Assembly (NCBI GenBank): GCA_965203095.1
Contig: OZ241877.1
Coordinates: forward strand, 768,001 to 832,000
Direction: 5' to 3'
From: Bdellovibrionales bacterium
Lineage (GTDB): Bacteria; Bdellovibrionota; Bdellovibrionia; Bdellovibrionales; UBA1609
DNA length: 64,000 bases
Below the pieces are notes generated by a model that searched no databases, had not been told where the DNA came from, and was given only the letters and a program-made list of their open reading frames with translations. Shown piece by piece: positions 42,240 to 56,226 of this stretch; the stretch's first letter is position 1; each line of letters begins with the position of its first letter. Both the position numbers and the translations under genes were made by a program.

Positions 42240-42792
42240 AAAACCATATCTTTTTATCACTAAAGGCTTTTTGAGAAAAGAGATAAAAATGGCCATAATT
42301 GATTTTTAAAGACTCTTTAGCAGAGGTTTCAATAGCCACAACAGAACCAGGAGCTGGTAAAGGGCTGTTTTTCAGGATCTGCATGAGGCTTTCTCCGGCC
42401 TGAAGACGAAAAGGAGGGTCTGCTATAATTATATGGAAAAGAACCAGCTTAGGGGATTTTGGAACGGATTTCTGTTTTAAAAAAGAAAAGACATTGGCTT
42501 TATGCAGTAAAAGTTTTTCAGGATGAGGCAAAATGAGGGCGTTTTTTTTTATTATCTTAAGACATGCAGGATCTTTTTCCACAGCATGGGATGCTTTAGC
42601 CCCACGGGATAAAGCCTCTATGGCCAACTGGCCTGTCCCGGAAAACAGATCTAAAAAGAAACAACCTTCAAAAAAGAAGGGTGAAAGCACATTAAAGATC
42701 ATCTCCTTAGCCTGATTAGTCATGGGCCTTAAAGATGGTGGGCCTTTTAGACTGAGTTTTCTCCCCTTGCATGTTCCGCTAATAATTCTCAT
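42217..42792 (-). CDS. rsmD: 16S rRNA m2G966 methyltransferase RsmD
   Basis: MRIISG, LDLFSGTG, EALSRGA, DPPF. Confidence 0.92.
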   Translation of the reverse strand: MRIISGTCKGRKLSLKGPPSLRPMTNQAKEMIFNVLSPFFFEGCFFLDLFSGTGQLAIEALSRGAKASHAVEKDPACLKIIKKNALILPHPEKLLLHKANVFSFLKQKSVPKSPKLVLFHIIIADPPFRLQAGESLMQILKNSPLPAPGSVVAIETSAKESLKINYGHFYLFSQKAFSDKKIWFYVCRRKK

Positions 42793-43169
42793 TTTTCGCT
42801 CTGGCAAAGTTGTTCGGCCTTTTCAATCAGTTGAAAAATATCCGCAAAAGGTTTAGGAATGAAAAGGTCAGCCCCTTTGTTTTTTATATCCTTTGCACTC
42901 ATTTCATCATGGGCGGAGATCATAATGGTTTTAGCCTTTGAGCCTTCCGGAATTTTTTTTAATAGATCCCACCCGCTCATTTGTGGAAGTAAAATATCTA
43001 TAAAAGCCAGATCCGGATCAAAAGAGGGCCATAAAGATAAAGCCTCCATAGCTCCGCCAACAGATCGCACCTTATGCCCTCGGCTTTTTCCTGCCAATTC
43101 AATAGCTCGCCGGATCAAAAGCTCGTCATCTACGACTAAAATTTTGAGATTTTTTTTAAAAGCCGGCAT
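42789..43169 (-). CDS. Single-domain response regulator receiver
   Basis: ILVVDDE, D..LP..SG, SA, KPF. Confidence 0.9.
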   Translation of the reverse strand: MPAFKKNLKILVVDDELLIRRAIELAGKSRGHKVRSVGGAMEALSLWPSFDPDLAFIDILLPQMSGWDLLKKIPEGSKAKTIMISAHDEMSAKDIKNKGADLFIPKPFADIFQLIEKAEQLCQSEK

Positions 43170-43245
43170 AATCACCCCAGGTTAGATATGGATTCCCGTT
43201 TGCACGGGAATGACAGGTTTTTTTAAAAGCTGGCATAATCACCCC
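43151..43245. repeat. dRS3/CGTC-like palindrome (43190-43214) flanked by 28-bp direct repeats (43151-43178, 43218-43245)
   Basis: TTTTTTTAAAAGCYGGCATAATCACCCC twice with one mismatch. Confidence 0.92.
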
Positions 43246-44165
43246 GTGCTGGAGACAAAAACAATATAAAAAAAATAAGAGACAATAAAAAAACCAAACA
43301 GAATTTTAGGAATTTTTTTAAAAAAGAAAAGGCTCAAAGCCAGCAGTCCAGTCACAAAGATCATAAAAAAGTAATCATAATAAAGCTCTTTTGAAAAATG
43401 AAGAGGTTTAAATAATCCAGCAGATCCCAGGACAAACAAAGTGTTAAAAATGTTAGACCCTACAATGTTTCCTAAGGCCATCCCTCCTTCTTTTTTAAGG
43501 ACAGATTGCAAAGAGGCGGCCAATTCCGGAAGACTTGTGCTCAAAGACAAAATAAAAACCCCAGCAAATCTCTCAGATAAAGAAAAAGTCTCAACTAAAT
43601 TTAAAGAAGAGTCCACTGATAGAGAGGAACCTGCAAACAAAAGCACAAAACCAACAGCTAATGCTAAAAAAGATTTTTTAATAGAAAAATGTTTATCTAA
43701 AGGAAGAACCTCCTGTGAGGGTTTTTTCCTTTTTTGAAATAAAAGAACAAGATATAAGGTGAAAATCCCTATCAAAAATAAAGCCTCTAAAAAGTTAATT
43801 TTTTGGTCTATAGAAAATAAAGCTAAAATAAGGCTGGAACCTATAAGAACAGGCATATCTAACTGAAGGATCTGCTTTTCTCTCTGAAAACTGTAAAAAA
43901 GCCCTGTCAAAGCCAAAACCAAAAGAATATTGATCACATTGGAGCCTATAATATTCCCTAAAGCCGCGTCCGGCCGATCTTTAAGCCCAGCAGTCATTGT
44001 CACAAACCATTCCGGAGCGGAAGAAACAAAACCCAAAACCACAATGCTTAAAAATAAAGGCTTAACTTTAAAACGAATGGAAAAGGATTTTAAAGAACCC
44101 ACTAACCAATGACTTCCTAAAGCCAAACAACTCAAACCCAGAAAAAGCCAGAGGAGATCTTTCAT
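43239..44165 (-). CDS. Calcium/sodium antiporter (YrbG/CaCA family)
   Basis: SSAPE..GNIIGSN and TSLPE..GNIVGSN alpha repeats. Confidence 0.92.
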   Translation of the reverse strand: MKDLLWLFLGLSCLALGSHWLVGSLKSFSIRFKVKPLFLSIVVLGFVSSAPEWFVTMTAGLKDRPDAALGNIIGSNVINILLVLALTGLFYSFQREKQILQLDMPVLIGSSLILALFSIDQKINFLEALFLIGIFTLYLVLLFQKRKKPSQEVLPLDKHFSIKKSFLALAVGFVLLFAGSSLSVDSSLNLVETFSLSERFAGVFILSLSTSLPELAASLQSVLKKEGGMALGNIVGSNIFNTLFVLGSAGLFKPLHFSKELYYDYFFMIFVTGLLALSLFFFKKIPKILFGFFIVSYFFYIVFVSSTG

Positions 44166-44438
44166 AAGCTCAGCCTTGAGTGGGATCTATAAAATATTAC
44201 ATACATAATTCTAATAGTGCCTATACAATTTTTATCTTGTTTCATTTAAGAAAATAATCAAAAACCGGACTTTAGGCTATTGTTTATTTTAAAAATAGCA
44301 ACTTTTTAAGCAGATATTGGTATTTTCTTTAAATTGCAATGGAGCCGGTTGGTTTATTGTCTCTGTCCCTATTATAAGTTTGCTTTTCACACAAGTCAGG
44401 ACAGGTTGCAGTGTTTCAACATGAACAGGAGCTTAAAC

Positions 44439-44867
44439 ATGCCTAAAAATCACCCTATCAATCAAAATATCCCTATCCATAAAGATGTGATCAAACGATT
44501 TTCAAAAAAAGTAGCTTTAGAATTATATGAAAAGCTTATTAACAAGAAAGCAGAAGTTCAAAATCGACCTTATGATTCTAAATCTGCACTTTCGCTTTTA
44601 GGTGGTGAAAAAGGAGGAGATCAGGCCGATCAAGTGAGCCGACTGCAAGAGGAGGCCCGCCACACAGGGCAAATACAAAGGGATCGTTTTTTGTTAGAGC
44701 AGGTGTTTCTGGCCTTAAAGCGAATGGAGTCTGGGGAATATGGCTTATGCCGGCAGACCGGAGATGTGATTGAACTCAACCGTCTGCAATCCTTACCATG
44801 GACCACTTTAAGCCTTGAAGGTGCAGAGATAGAAGAAAGTGAACGCGGTCATTTCAAACAGATTTGA
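44439..44867 (+). CDS. DksA/TraR family protein, single-Cys type
   Basis: DQAD tip, GEYGLCRQTG..I...RL...PW; AGGAG RBS. Confidence 0.85.
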   Translation: MPKNHPINQNIPIHKDVIKRFSKKVALELYEKLINKKAEVQNRPYDSKSALSLLGGEKGGDQADQVSRLQEEARHTGQIQRDRFLLEQVFLALKRMESGEYGLCRQTGDVIELNRLQSLPWTTLSLEGAEIEESERGHFKQI

Positions 44868-45912
44868 GCTTTTTTTGCGAAAGCAGAGCTAAACCTGAAA
44901 GATAATAAATCAACCGAGCAGAGACATTTCCATTCCATTCAGCAAATGAAGTCTTCCCAAGTGTAGTTTTCCCAAGTAAAATTTTCCCAGGAGAAGTTTC
45001 TACCACATCAAAAGCCATCAGTTTTTTGTTTTGCCTCTGAATTTCAGAAAATAAATAAATGACTTGGTTGAAAGAAAGCCCACCAGGGACAGGAGTTCCT
45101 ACCCCTGGAGCCTCAGTCCAAGAGAGGCCATCCACATCCAAGGAGATATAAATTTCAGAAGGCAATAGGCCAATGATATGCCGGCACAAGTCGGCCCATT
45201 TTCCTCCAGAAAAAAGCTGAGAAGATATATCCCCATCAAAAAAACAGTGAATGCGGGAATCCTGTTGAATTTGCTGATATTCTTCTTCACAAAAATCTCT
45301 CACCCCCACTTGAACCATCTTTAAAGGAGAAAAATCTAAATTTAAAACATTGTGCATTATAGAGGCATGAGATCGCTTAAAGCCCTGATAAGCTGGCCGT
45401 AAATCCGCATGAGCGTCAATCACTAAAAGGCCGTATTGCCCCTTTAGATTTTCCCCTACGGCCCGAATCAAAGCCTCGCTTACAGAATGTTCCCCACCCA
45501 CCAGAGCAGGGATTTTCCCTTTTTGAAGGACTCTCACAGATCTTTCATAAAGCCAATCGATCAAGCTCTCACTGGCCTGATTGACTTTTTCGCTTAAAGC
45601 CTTCTCTTTCTGGTTTAAAATTTTGTCTTCCTCCCATTTTTTTTGAATGCCTTTGGCCCAATCGCTGGCCTGTTTGTTGAGGGAAATGATCAGAGGATCT
45701 TCAGCAGAAAAATGAATCTGCCGGTGATAGGCCCTACCAAAAAAAGGGTTGAAAAAATCCAACTGAGAAGAAGCCTCCCGAATCAGCTGAGGCCCTTTGC
45801 CAGTCCCTTTAAGATAAGAAGCGGTGGCCTGCCAAGGAGCAGGGATCAAAATCACATCCGCCTCTTGAAAAGAGGTTTTGACTCCAAAAGCTTTTGTTTT
45901 TTGATTTTTCAT
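44854..45912 (-). CDS. Agmatinase/ureohydrolase family protein
   Basis: GGEHS, DAHAD, SLDVDGL, GTPVPGG. Confidence 0.92.
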   Translation of the reverse strand: MKNQKTKAFGVKTSFQEADVILIPAPWQATASYLKGTGKGPQLIREASSQLDFFNPFFGRAYHRQIHFSAEDPLIISLNKQASDWAKGIQKKWEEDKILNQKEKALSEKVNQASESLIDWLYERSVRVLQKGKIPALVGGEHSVSEALIRAVGENLKGQYGLLVIDAHADLRPAYQGFKRSHASIMHNVLNLDFSPLKMVQVGVRDFCEEEYQQIQQDSRIHCFFDGDISSQLFSGGKWADLCRHIIGLLPSEIYISLDVDGLSWTEAPGVGTPVPGGLSFNQVIYLFSEIQRQNKKLMAFDVVETSPGKILLGKTTLGKTSFAEWNGNVSARLIYYLSGLALLSQKKLKSV

Positions 45913-46014
45913 ATTTTTTAACTTGAGCTATTGCAGAGTTTTATGCTACATTGTTTTTGTTGAAAAAAAAAGCCTTGTTTAAAAGCAATTTCTAAAAAAA
46001 CCAGCTTATCTAAA

Positions 46015-47645
46015 ATGATCCTTTGGCCTCAACATGCTCTTTCCTGTTTTTTTGCCTCTGTCTTTTTTATATGGCTTTGTTCCTGTTCCGGGCCTGAGCT
46101 GAGGATCCTTCGGGAAGAAACTTTTTTTAACAATTTAGATGGCCAGCCGGAAAACCTGCACCCTATCCGAAGCACAGACACCTACTCTTCTATTGTTCAA
46201 TCGCATATTTTGGAATCTCTACTGCAAAGGAATAGCAACACTTACCAATGGGAGCCTCAACTGGCCCGGCACTGGAGTATCAGTCCAGATGGCCAAACCT
46301 TCACCTTTGAGTTATATGACAATTTAAAATGGTCTGACGGTCAGGACCTGACAACAAAAGACATCGAATTTTCTTTTTTAGCTTACAAAAATCCAAAGTA
46401 TGGGGGGATTAGATATTTATCTTATTTTGAAAAAATGGATTCAGTTAAAATTTTAAGCCGAACAAAAATTCAGTTTAAGGTCAAATCCCCTTATTTTAAA
46501 AATTTTCAAATCATTGCCGGAATGGACATTTTACCAGAGCATATTTATAAAGACCCTCAACTCAAACTGTCAAAAACTGTTATAGGTTCTGGCCCTTATG
46601 TTTTAGATCAATACATCCGGGGGAAAATTTTAGTTTTAAGAAAAAACCCCCTCTGGAGGGGAAAAACACTCCCAGAAAATAAAAACAAATGGCAGTTTGA
46701 GACTATAGCTTTTCGTTTTGTAGGTGGAGAGGCCGACATTATCTTAAGGATGGAAAAAAATCATATTGATTTCTCCTACCTCTCACCTGCGACTTTCTTT
46801 GAAAAAACAACTAAAGCCCCTTGGGGGACAAAAATTAAAAAGTTCAATTCAGCAATAAAGAACCAAGAGGCTATAGTTTTATTGGTTTCAATTTAAAAAA
46901 ACCTATTTTTCAAGATAGAAAAGTGAGAAAAGCTCTGGCTCATCTTATGAATCGAGAGCTAATGAATAAAAAATTTAGTTATGGACAAAGGGAAGTGGCC
47001 AGAGGGCCTTGGTATTTTTGGAGTGATTATGCCGACCCCTCAATTCCAGCTATAGAGTTTAACCCTAAAAAAGCCATAAAAATTTTAAAATCTTCTGGTT
47101 GGAATGACCAGGATCAAAACGGCATTTTAGAAAAGACAATCAAAGGCCAAATTAGGGAGCTTTCCTGGACTCTTATTTTCTCTAATCCTGAGAGCACAAA
47201 ACATCTCACTATCTATCAAGAGGATTTAAAAAAAGCAGGAGTTAAACTCAGTTTGAAAATTTTAGATTGGGCCAGCTTTTTACGGTTAATAGATGACAAA
47301 AATTTTGATGCGGTTATGTTGGGATGGGGGGCAGGAAGTATTGATTTTGATCCCAAACAGATTTGGCATTCAGAAAGTGCTCAAAAAAATGGATCTAATT
47401 TTATCAGCTATTCTAACCCTCAAGTGGACAGATTAATAGATCAGGGGCGATCTCATTTAGACAAAAAAAAGAGGGTTAAAGCTTTTAAAGAAGTTTATCG
47501 CCTTATTGCTGAAGACAGCCCTTATATTTTCATGTTTCACTCCCGCAAAAGGTTTTATGGCCTTCAAAAAAGGGTTAAGAGTCCGGCACCAGCTCTTAAC
47601 TATGGTTTGGGAATGCACTATTGGAGCTTAAGGCCATCGCATTGA
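46015..47645 (+). pseudogene. Peptide ABC transporter substrate-binding protein (family 5) split by a 1-bp frameshift in the A-run at 46837-46841
   Basis: WSDG, GSGPY in ORF1; alternative frame reads KVQFSNKEPRGYSFIGFNLKKPIFQDRKVRKAL into ORF2. Confidence 0.85.
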
Positions 47646-47670
47646 TTTTTTTACAGAGAGTTAAATAAAG

Positions 47671-47762
47671 TGTCCCATTTTAAAACAAGGCTGTTCAATT
47701 TGAATACAGTGGATCAAAGTGCCGGGATTTTTTTCTTCAAAAAACTGTCTCAATTTGAGATT
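47671..47762. promoter_or_regulatory. Three TGT-N11-ACA-like dyad sites
   Basis: TGTCCCATTTTAAAACA, TGTTCAATTTGAATACA, TGTCTCAATTTGAGATT. Confidence 0.35.
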
Positions 47763-47943
47763 CTTTAGCAAAAAGCTATTGATTTAAAAAAAAATGCCGA
47801 TGAGTTTTATAGAGGACTAAAATGATATTATCAAAAAAATTATTTTCAGCCCTCAAAAAGGAAATAGAGTGAGGTTCTTCTAAAAAACTTTATAACAAGC
47901 CCTCATTCTACACATTAAATAAAAGAGGTAAAAAAGGAGAAAC

Positions 47944-48264
47944 ATGCTGAAACATAACATTTCCACAGAAATCTTATCCCTCAGAACAAAGGAACTTGTC
48001 TCTCGTCAAAATTTTTTGTCTTCTGCTACAAAAAGAGGTTTAACAGTTTGTATTAAAAAAAAGTCTTTTCTTATCCCAGAACAAGATCTTCCAAAAATTT
48101 TAAATCATCCTGTCCAGCTTTTTTTAGATCAATATGAAATCGCTGTTTATGGGGTGATCACAAAAATTCGCGTTATAAAAGAAGATCTTTTTGAAATTTC
48201 TATTGGTTTTACAAAAGAGACTCCTTTATACTACAGAGAATGCGTGGGCGATCTATTAAATTAA
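47944..48264 (+). CDS. Hypothetical protein, possibly a degenerate PilZ-like barrel
   Basis: AAGGAG RBS; beta-rich C-terminus ending ISIGF. Confidence 0.55.
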   Translation: MLKHNISTEILSLRTKELVSRQNFLSSATKRGLTVCIKKKSFLIPEQDLPKILNHPVQLFLDQYEIAVYGVITKIRVIKEDLFEISIGFTKETPLYYRECVGDLLN

Positions 48265-48734
48265 AATCTAAAAAAACCAATACAAGCTATCGGAGGAGCT
48301 TATCTCCGGCTTGGCCTAAAGAGGTTTTTATTTGGACAGACGGAGCTTGTAGAGGAAATCCCGGACCTTGCTCCTTAGGTCTTCAAGTTTTAAACCGTGA
48401 TGGGCAGATCTTGCATGAGGAAGCCCTCTATTTAGAAAACAACAACACCAACAATTTTGCTGAGTATAGGGCAGTTATTCGAGCTCTTGAACTGGCGGTT
48501 CAACAAGCTGTTCAAAAACTGTCCCTATTTTCTGACAGCCAACTGATCATCCGCCAATTAGAGAAAAAATATAAAGTCAAATCCTCTAACCTAAAACCTC
48601 TTTTTAAACAATGTCAGAAGTTTTTAAAAAAAATTCCCGAAGTTCATCTCAAATATATTAGTAGAGAACAAAATAAACCAGCCGATGCTTTAGCCAATCA
48701 GGCTTTAGATGAAAAATTCAAAAAAAGGAAATAA
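48240..48734 (+). CDS. rnhA: Ribonuclease HI
   Basis: DGACRGNPG, TNNFAEY, SDSQL, N..ADALAN. Confidence 0.92.
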   Translation: MRGRSIKLKSKKTNTSYRRSLSPAWPKEVFIWTDGACRGNPGPCSLGLQVLNRDGQILHEEALYLENNNTNNFAEYRAVIRALELAVQQAVQKLSLFSDSQLIIRQLEKKYKVKSSNLKPLFKQCQKFLKKIPEVHLKYISREQNKPADALANQALDEKFKKRK

Positions 48735-48736
48735 AA

Positions 48737-49705
48737 ATGAGTTTTCTTATTCGTCCAGCAGATTTTCAAGATAAAGAAGATCTTTTGGAGTTATCTCATT
48801 TTTTCCCACTTTGCAGTTTGCCTAAAAACTCTCTTAAGCTTAAAAAAAAGCTGGAGGTGAGCCAAGAGTCTTTCAAAGGGATCCGGCCTAAAGAGGAAAG
48901 AAATTATATTTTCGTCTTAGAAGATCAAAAGGCAAAAAAAGTCATCGGCTCCAGTCAAATTTTATCTTATTTTGGCCCTCATCAGTCCTTATGTTATTTT
49001 CTTAAAACATACAAAAAAAATATTTTTTTAGAATTGAAAAAGATCTCTACAGGGCAAAATCAAATAGGGGGCTTGATTGTGCATCCTGCATATCGCAAAA
49101 AGCCCTCCCTGTTAGGCTTGCAAATTGGTCTAACTCGTTTTTTATATATAAAAAGTTTTCCAAAAGATTTTTCTTCTCTTATAGAAGTGAGCCTCACTGC
49201 TCCTTTTACTGGATCAAAAAATGAATTTTGGAAAGAAACGGGGCAAAAGCAGTTAAAAATAAGCTATTCTTCTGCTTTAAAAAAGCTCCAAACGGATCGC
49301 CTTTCTTTTTATTCTCTTTTTCCAAAAAAATTAAAAATTCCTTTATCCCAGCTGAGTGAAAAAGCTCAAAATTGCCTTCAGGAAGTTCATCCGCAAACCT
49401 ATCCTGCCTTAACTGGTCTTTTAAAAAGAGGGTTTCAAGCAAGTTCTCGTCGTCACATACTGGACGGAGGGATTTATTTAGAAGCTTTTTGGAGGGATCT
49501 GCCCTTTCTTAAAAAAGCCAAAAGTCTTTTTTTAAAAAAAGACAAAAAAATAAAAGGTTCTGCCTTTCTTTTATCACAAAACAGCCCACAGGGTTTTAAC
49601 TGTCAAAAAGTTTTAGGCCAGCTGAGTGGAAACCGGTTTTTAATTCAAGCTATTCCCAGGGTTTTTTCCGATAAAAAAAAGGTTTTGGCATTAAAATTCC
49701 CTTGA
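48737..49705 (+). CDS. astA: Arginine N-succinyltransferase (AstA family)
   Basis: IRP, SLP, YIFVLED, GGL..HPAYR, FW, VH..T.PA, DGG. Confidence 0.75.
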   Translation: MSFLIRPADFQDKEDLLELSHFFPLCSLPKNSLKLKKKLEVSQESFKGIRPKEERNYIFVLEDQKAKKVIGSSQILSYFGPHQSLCYFLKTYKKNIFLELKKISTGQNQIGGLIVHPAYRKKPSLLGLQIGLTRFLYIKSFPKDFSSLIEVSLTAPFTGSKNEFWKETGQKQLKISYSSALKKLQTDRLSFYSLFPKKLKIPLSQLSEKAQNCLQEVHPQTYPALTGLLKRGFQASSRRHILDGGIYLEAFWRDLPFLKKAKSLFLKKDKKIKGSAFLLSQNSPQGFNCQKVLGQLSGNRFLIQAIPRVFSDKKKVLALKFP

Positions 49706-49902
49706 AAACGGGAATCCAGGAGTCTCAATCTTTTCCACAAAAATTTATTGAAAAACCTTATTCCCTAGCTTTTTCTCCAAAGGCCGTTCCATTTCGGGAC
49801 GGCAATACCTTGGACCCTCATGAAACGGCCTTTGGACAAAAACAGTTGAAAAGGTTAAAAAATGATTCTGTCAGCGAAATACTGAACATTTACAGGAATG
49901 AC
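49696..49902 (+). repeat. Composite element: dRS3-like palindrome + spacer + family B hairpin (49771-49841) + GGAATGAC end
   Basis: Matches 61125-61195 and 61304-61406; overlaps the astA stop codon. Confidence 0.88.
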
Positions 49903-49907
49903 TCAGC

Positions 49908-50291
49908 CTAAACAGCTTTCTCTTTTTTCCACCTTGTTTTAAACATGTTTTGTAAAACATAAAAAAGTAAAAAAGTTAAAATGGAACTCAAACCTATCAA
50001 AAAGGCTTTGCCATCAAGAAACCATAAAACAGCGATCAAAACAACAAGCAAACTCAACCATTTAAGAGAGAGGATAAGGAAAGCTAAGGCTCGTCTTTTT
50101 TTCTTAAAAAGCAAGGAGGCCGAGTAAAAAAACAAAAGCATATAAAAATTAGCAAAAACAAATCCAGTAAAAAAAGCTATCCGGCTCAAACCAAAAAAAT
50201 AAACCAAAATGAACAAGAGCAAACCATAAAGAACTTGAAAGGCAAAACCTTTTAAGCCTAACGGAAATGTCTGTAAAAATTTAAAAACCAT
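49908..50291 (-). CDS. atpI: ATP synthase protein I-like 4-TM membrane protein
   Basis: Four hydrophobic helices, G...AN and LK motifs; follows an AtpZ-like gene. Confidence 0.6.
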   Translation of the reverse strand: MVFKFLQTFPLGLKGFAFQVLYGLLLFILVYFFGLSRIAFFTGFVFANFYMLLFFYSASLLFKKKRRALAFLILSLKWLSLLVVLIAVLWFLDGKAFLIGLSSILTFLLFYVLQNMFKTRWKKEKAV

Positions 50292-50428
50292 AAGATATAA
50301 GCCAGAATGAGACAAAAAATTGTGGCCCAGCCCCCCATTAAAAATTTGTTATCTAAAAATCGACCTAAAAAAAATCCAATTGCAATAAAAGATAAAAGCT
50401 CCGAGCTGACAATAAAAAGCTTTTTCAC
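50258..50428 (-). CDS. AtpZ/AtpI (ATPase gene 1) family small membrane protein, absent from the ORF track
   Basis: Manual translation MKKLFIVSSELLSFIAIGFFLGRFLDNKFLMGGWATIFCLILAYILWFLNFYRHFR; G..LD..F motif. Confidence 0.7.
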   Translation of the reverse strand: MKKLFIVSSELLSFIAIGFFLGRFLDNKFLMGGWATIFCLILAYILWFLNFYRHFR

Positions 50429-50432
50429 AATC

Positions 50433-51194
50433 TCAAAACCCCGGCTGATGGCTCCGTCTTTCCATAAGGCGGTTAATCTTTCCCCTAATAAAAGGGTTGG
50501 AGGGGTGGATCTTCTCTAACTCCTTTATAGCAGACGAAAAATCTTTTTGGGACTCATAAATAAAAGCCAAATACTCTCTTAAAAAAGCTGATTCTTCGGG
50601 AAATTGCTCTATTTGCCTCTCAAAAAGCTCTTTTGCTAAATCAAATCGCCCTTCTGCCATCAGGCTCCGGCCCTTTAAGTTGAGTGCCTGTTTTCTTTTT
50701 TCCTGGGAGATTCCATCAAAAAAACATTTGTCTGCCTCTCTTAAAGCCTGTGAATATTTTTTTAAATAAAAAAAACTCTCCGCTATATGATATTGAACAA
50801 AAAACCTTTCCTCTGTCCCTAAAACTTGCCGGGACAAGTCAGTATAATGTTTTAAAGCCTTTTCATAATCTTTAATTTTATAAAAAGAAAGATCGGCCAA
50901 CTGCCTCTGCCATTTTTTAGAGGAAGGCGAAGGGTTCCGCTCAATTTTTAAAAGCTTTTCTAAAATAAAAATCGCCTTTTTTGTTTTTTCCTTTTTTATG
51001 CAAGCCTCTGCCCCACGAGTCAGACGAGAGGTCAGACGAGCTTTTTTCCTATAATGGAGTTGAGGCTGATGGGCCAATTTATAAGCCCTTTCACAACCGG
51101 ACCATGCCTTTAAAAAAGCTATGCCCTGGCCCCAACCCCAAGCTTCTATGGGCAAAGCAGATAAAGACATAAAAAATAAAGAGAGGATTCTCAT
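50433..51194 (-). CDS. TPR-repeat protein
   Basis: Helical TPR-like repeats; signal-like N-terminus. Confidence 0.75.
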   Translation of the reverse strand: MRILSLFFMSLSALPIEAWGWGQGIAFLKAWSGCERAYKLAHQPQLHYRKKARLTSRLTRGAEACIKKEKTKKAIFILEKLLKIERNPSPSSKKWQRQLADLSFYKIKDYEKALKHYTDLSRQVLGTEERFFVQYHIAESFFYLKKYSQALREADKCFFDGISQEKRKQALNLKGRSLMAEGRFDLAKELFERQIEQFPEESAFLREYLAFIYESQKDFSSAIKELEKIHPSNPFIRGKINRLMERRSHQPGF

Positions 51195-51221
51195 CTCATA
51201 GATGTTTGGCTTTTAACTCTT

Positions 51222-56164
<4,943 letters not shown>

Positions 56165-56226
56165 TTATTATCTCATTTTTTTATCTAAAAAGAAAGCCCT
56201 TTATAGATTATTTCACGGGCAAGTAT

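Noticed and set aside
49702..49911. 69-aa ORF after astA
   Set aside because: Entirely composed of the composite repeat; no RBS or domain
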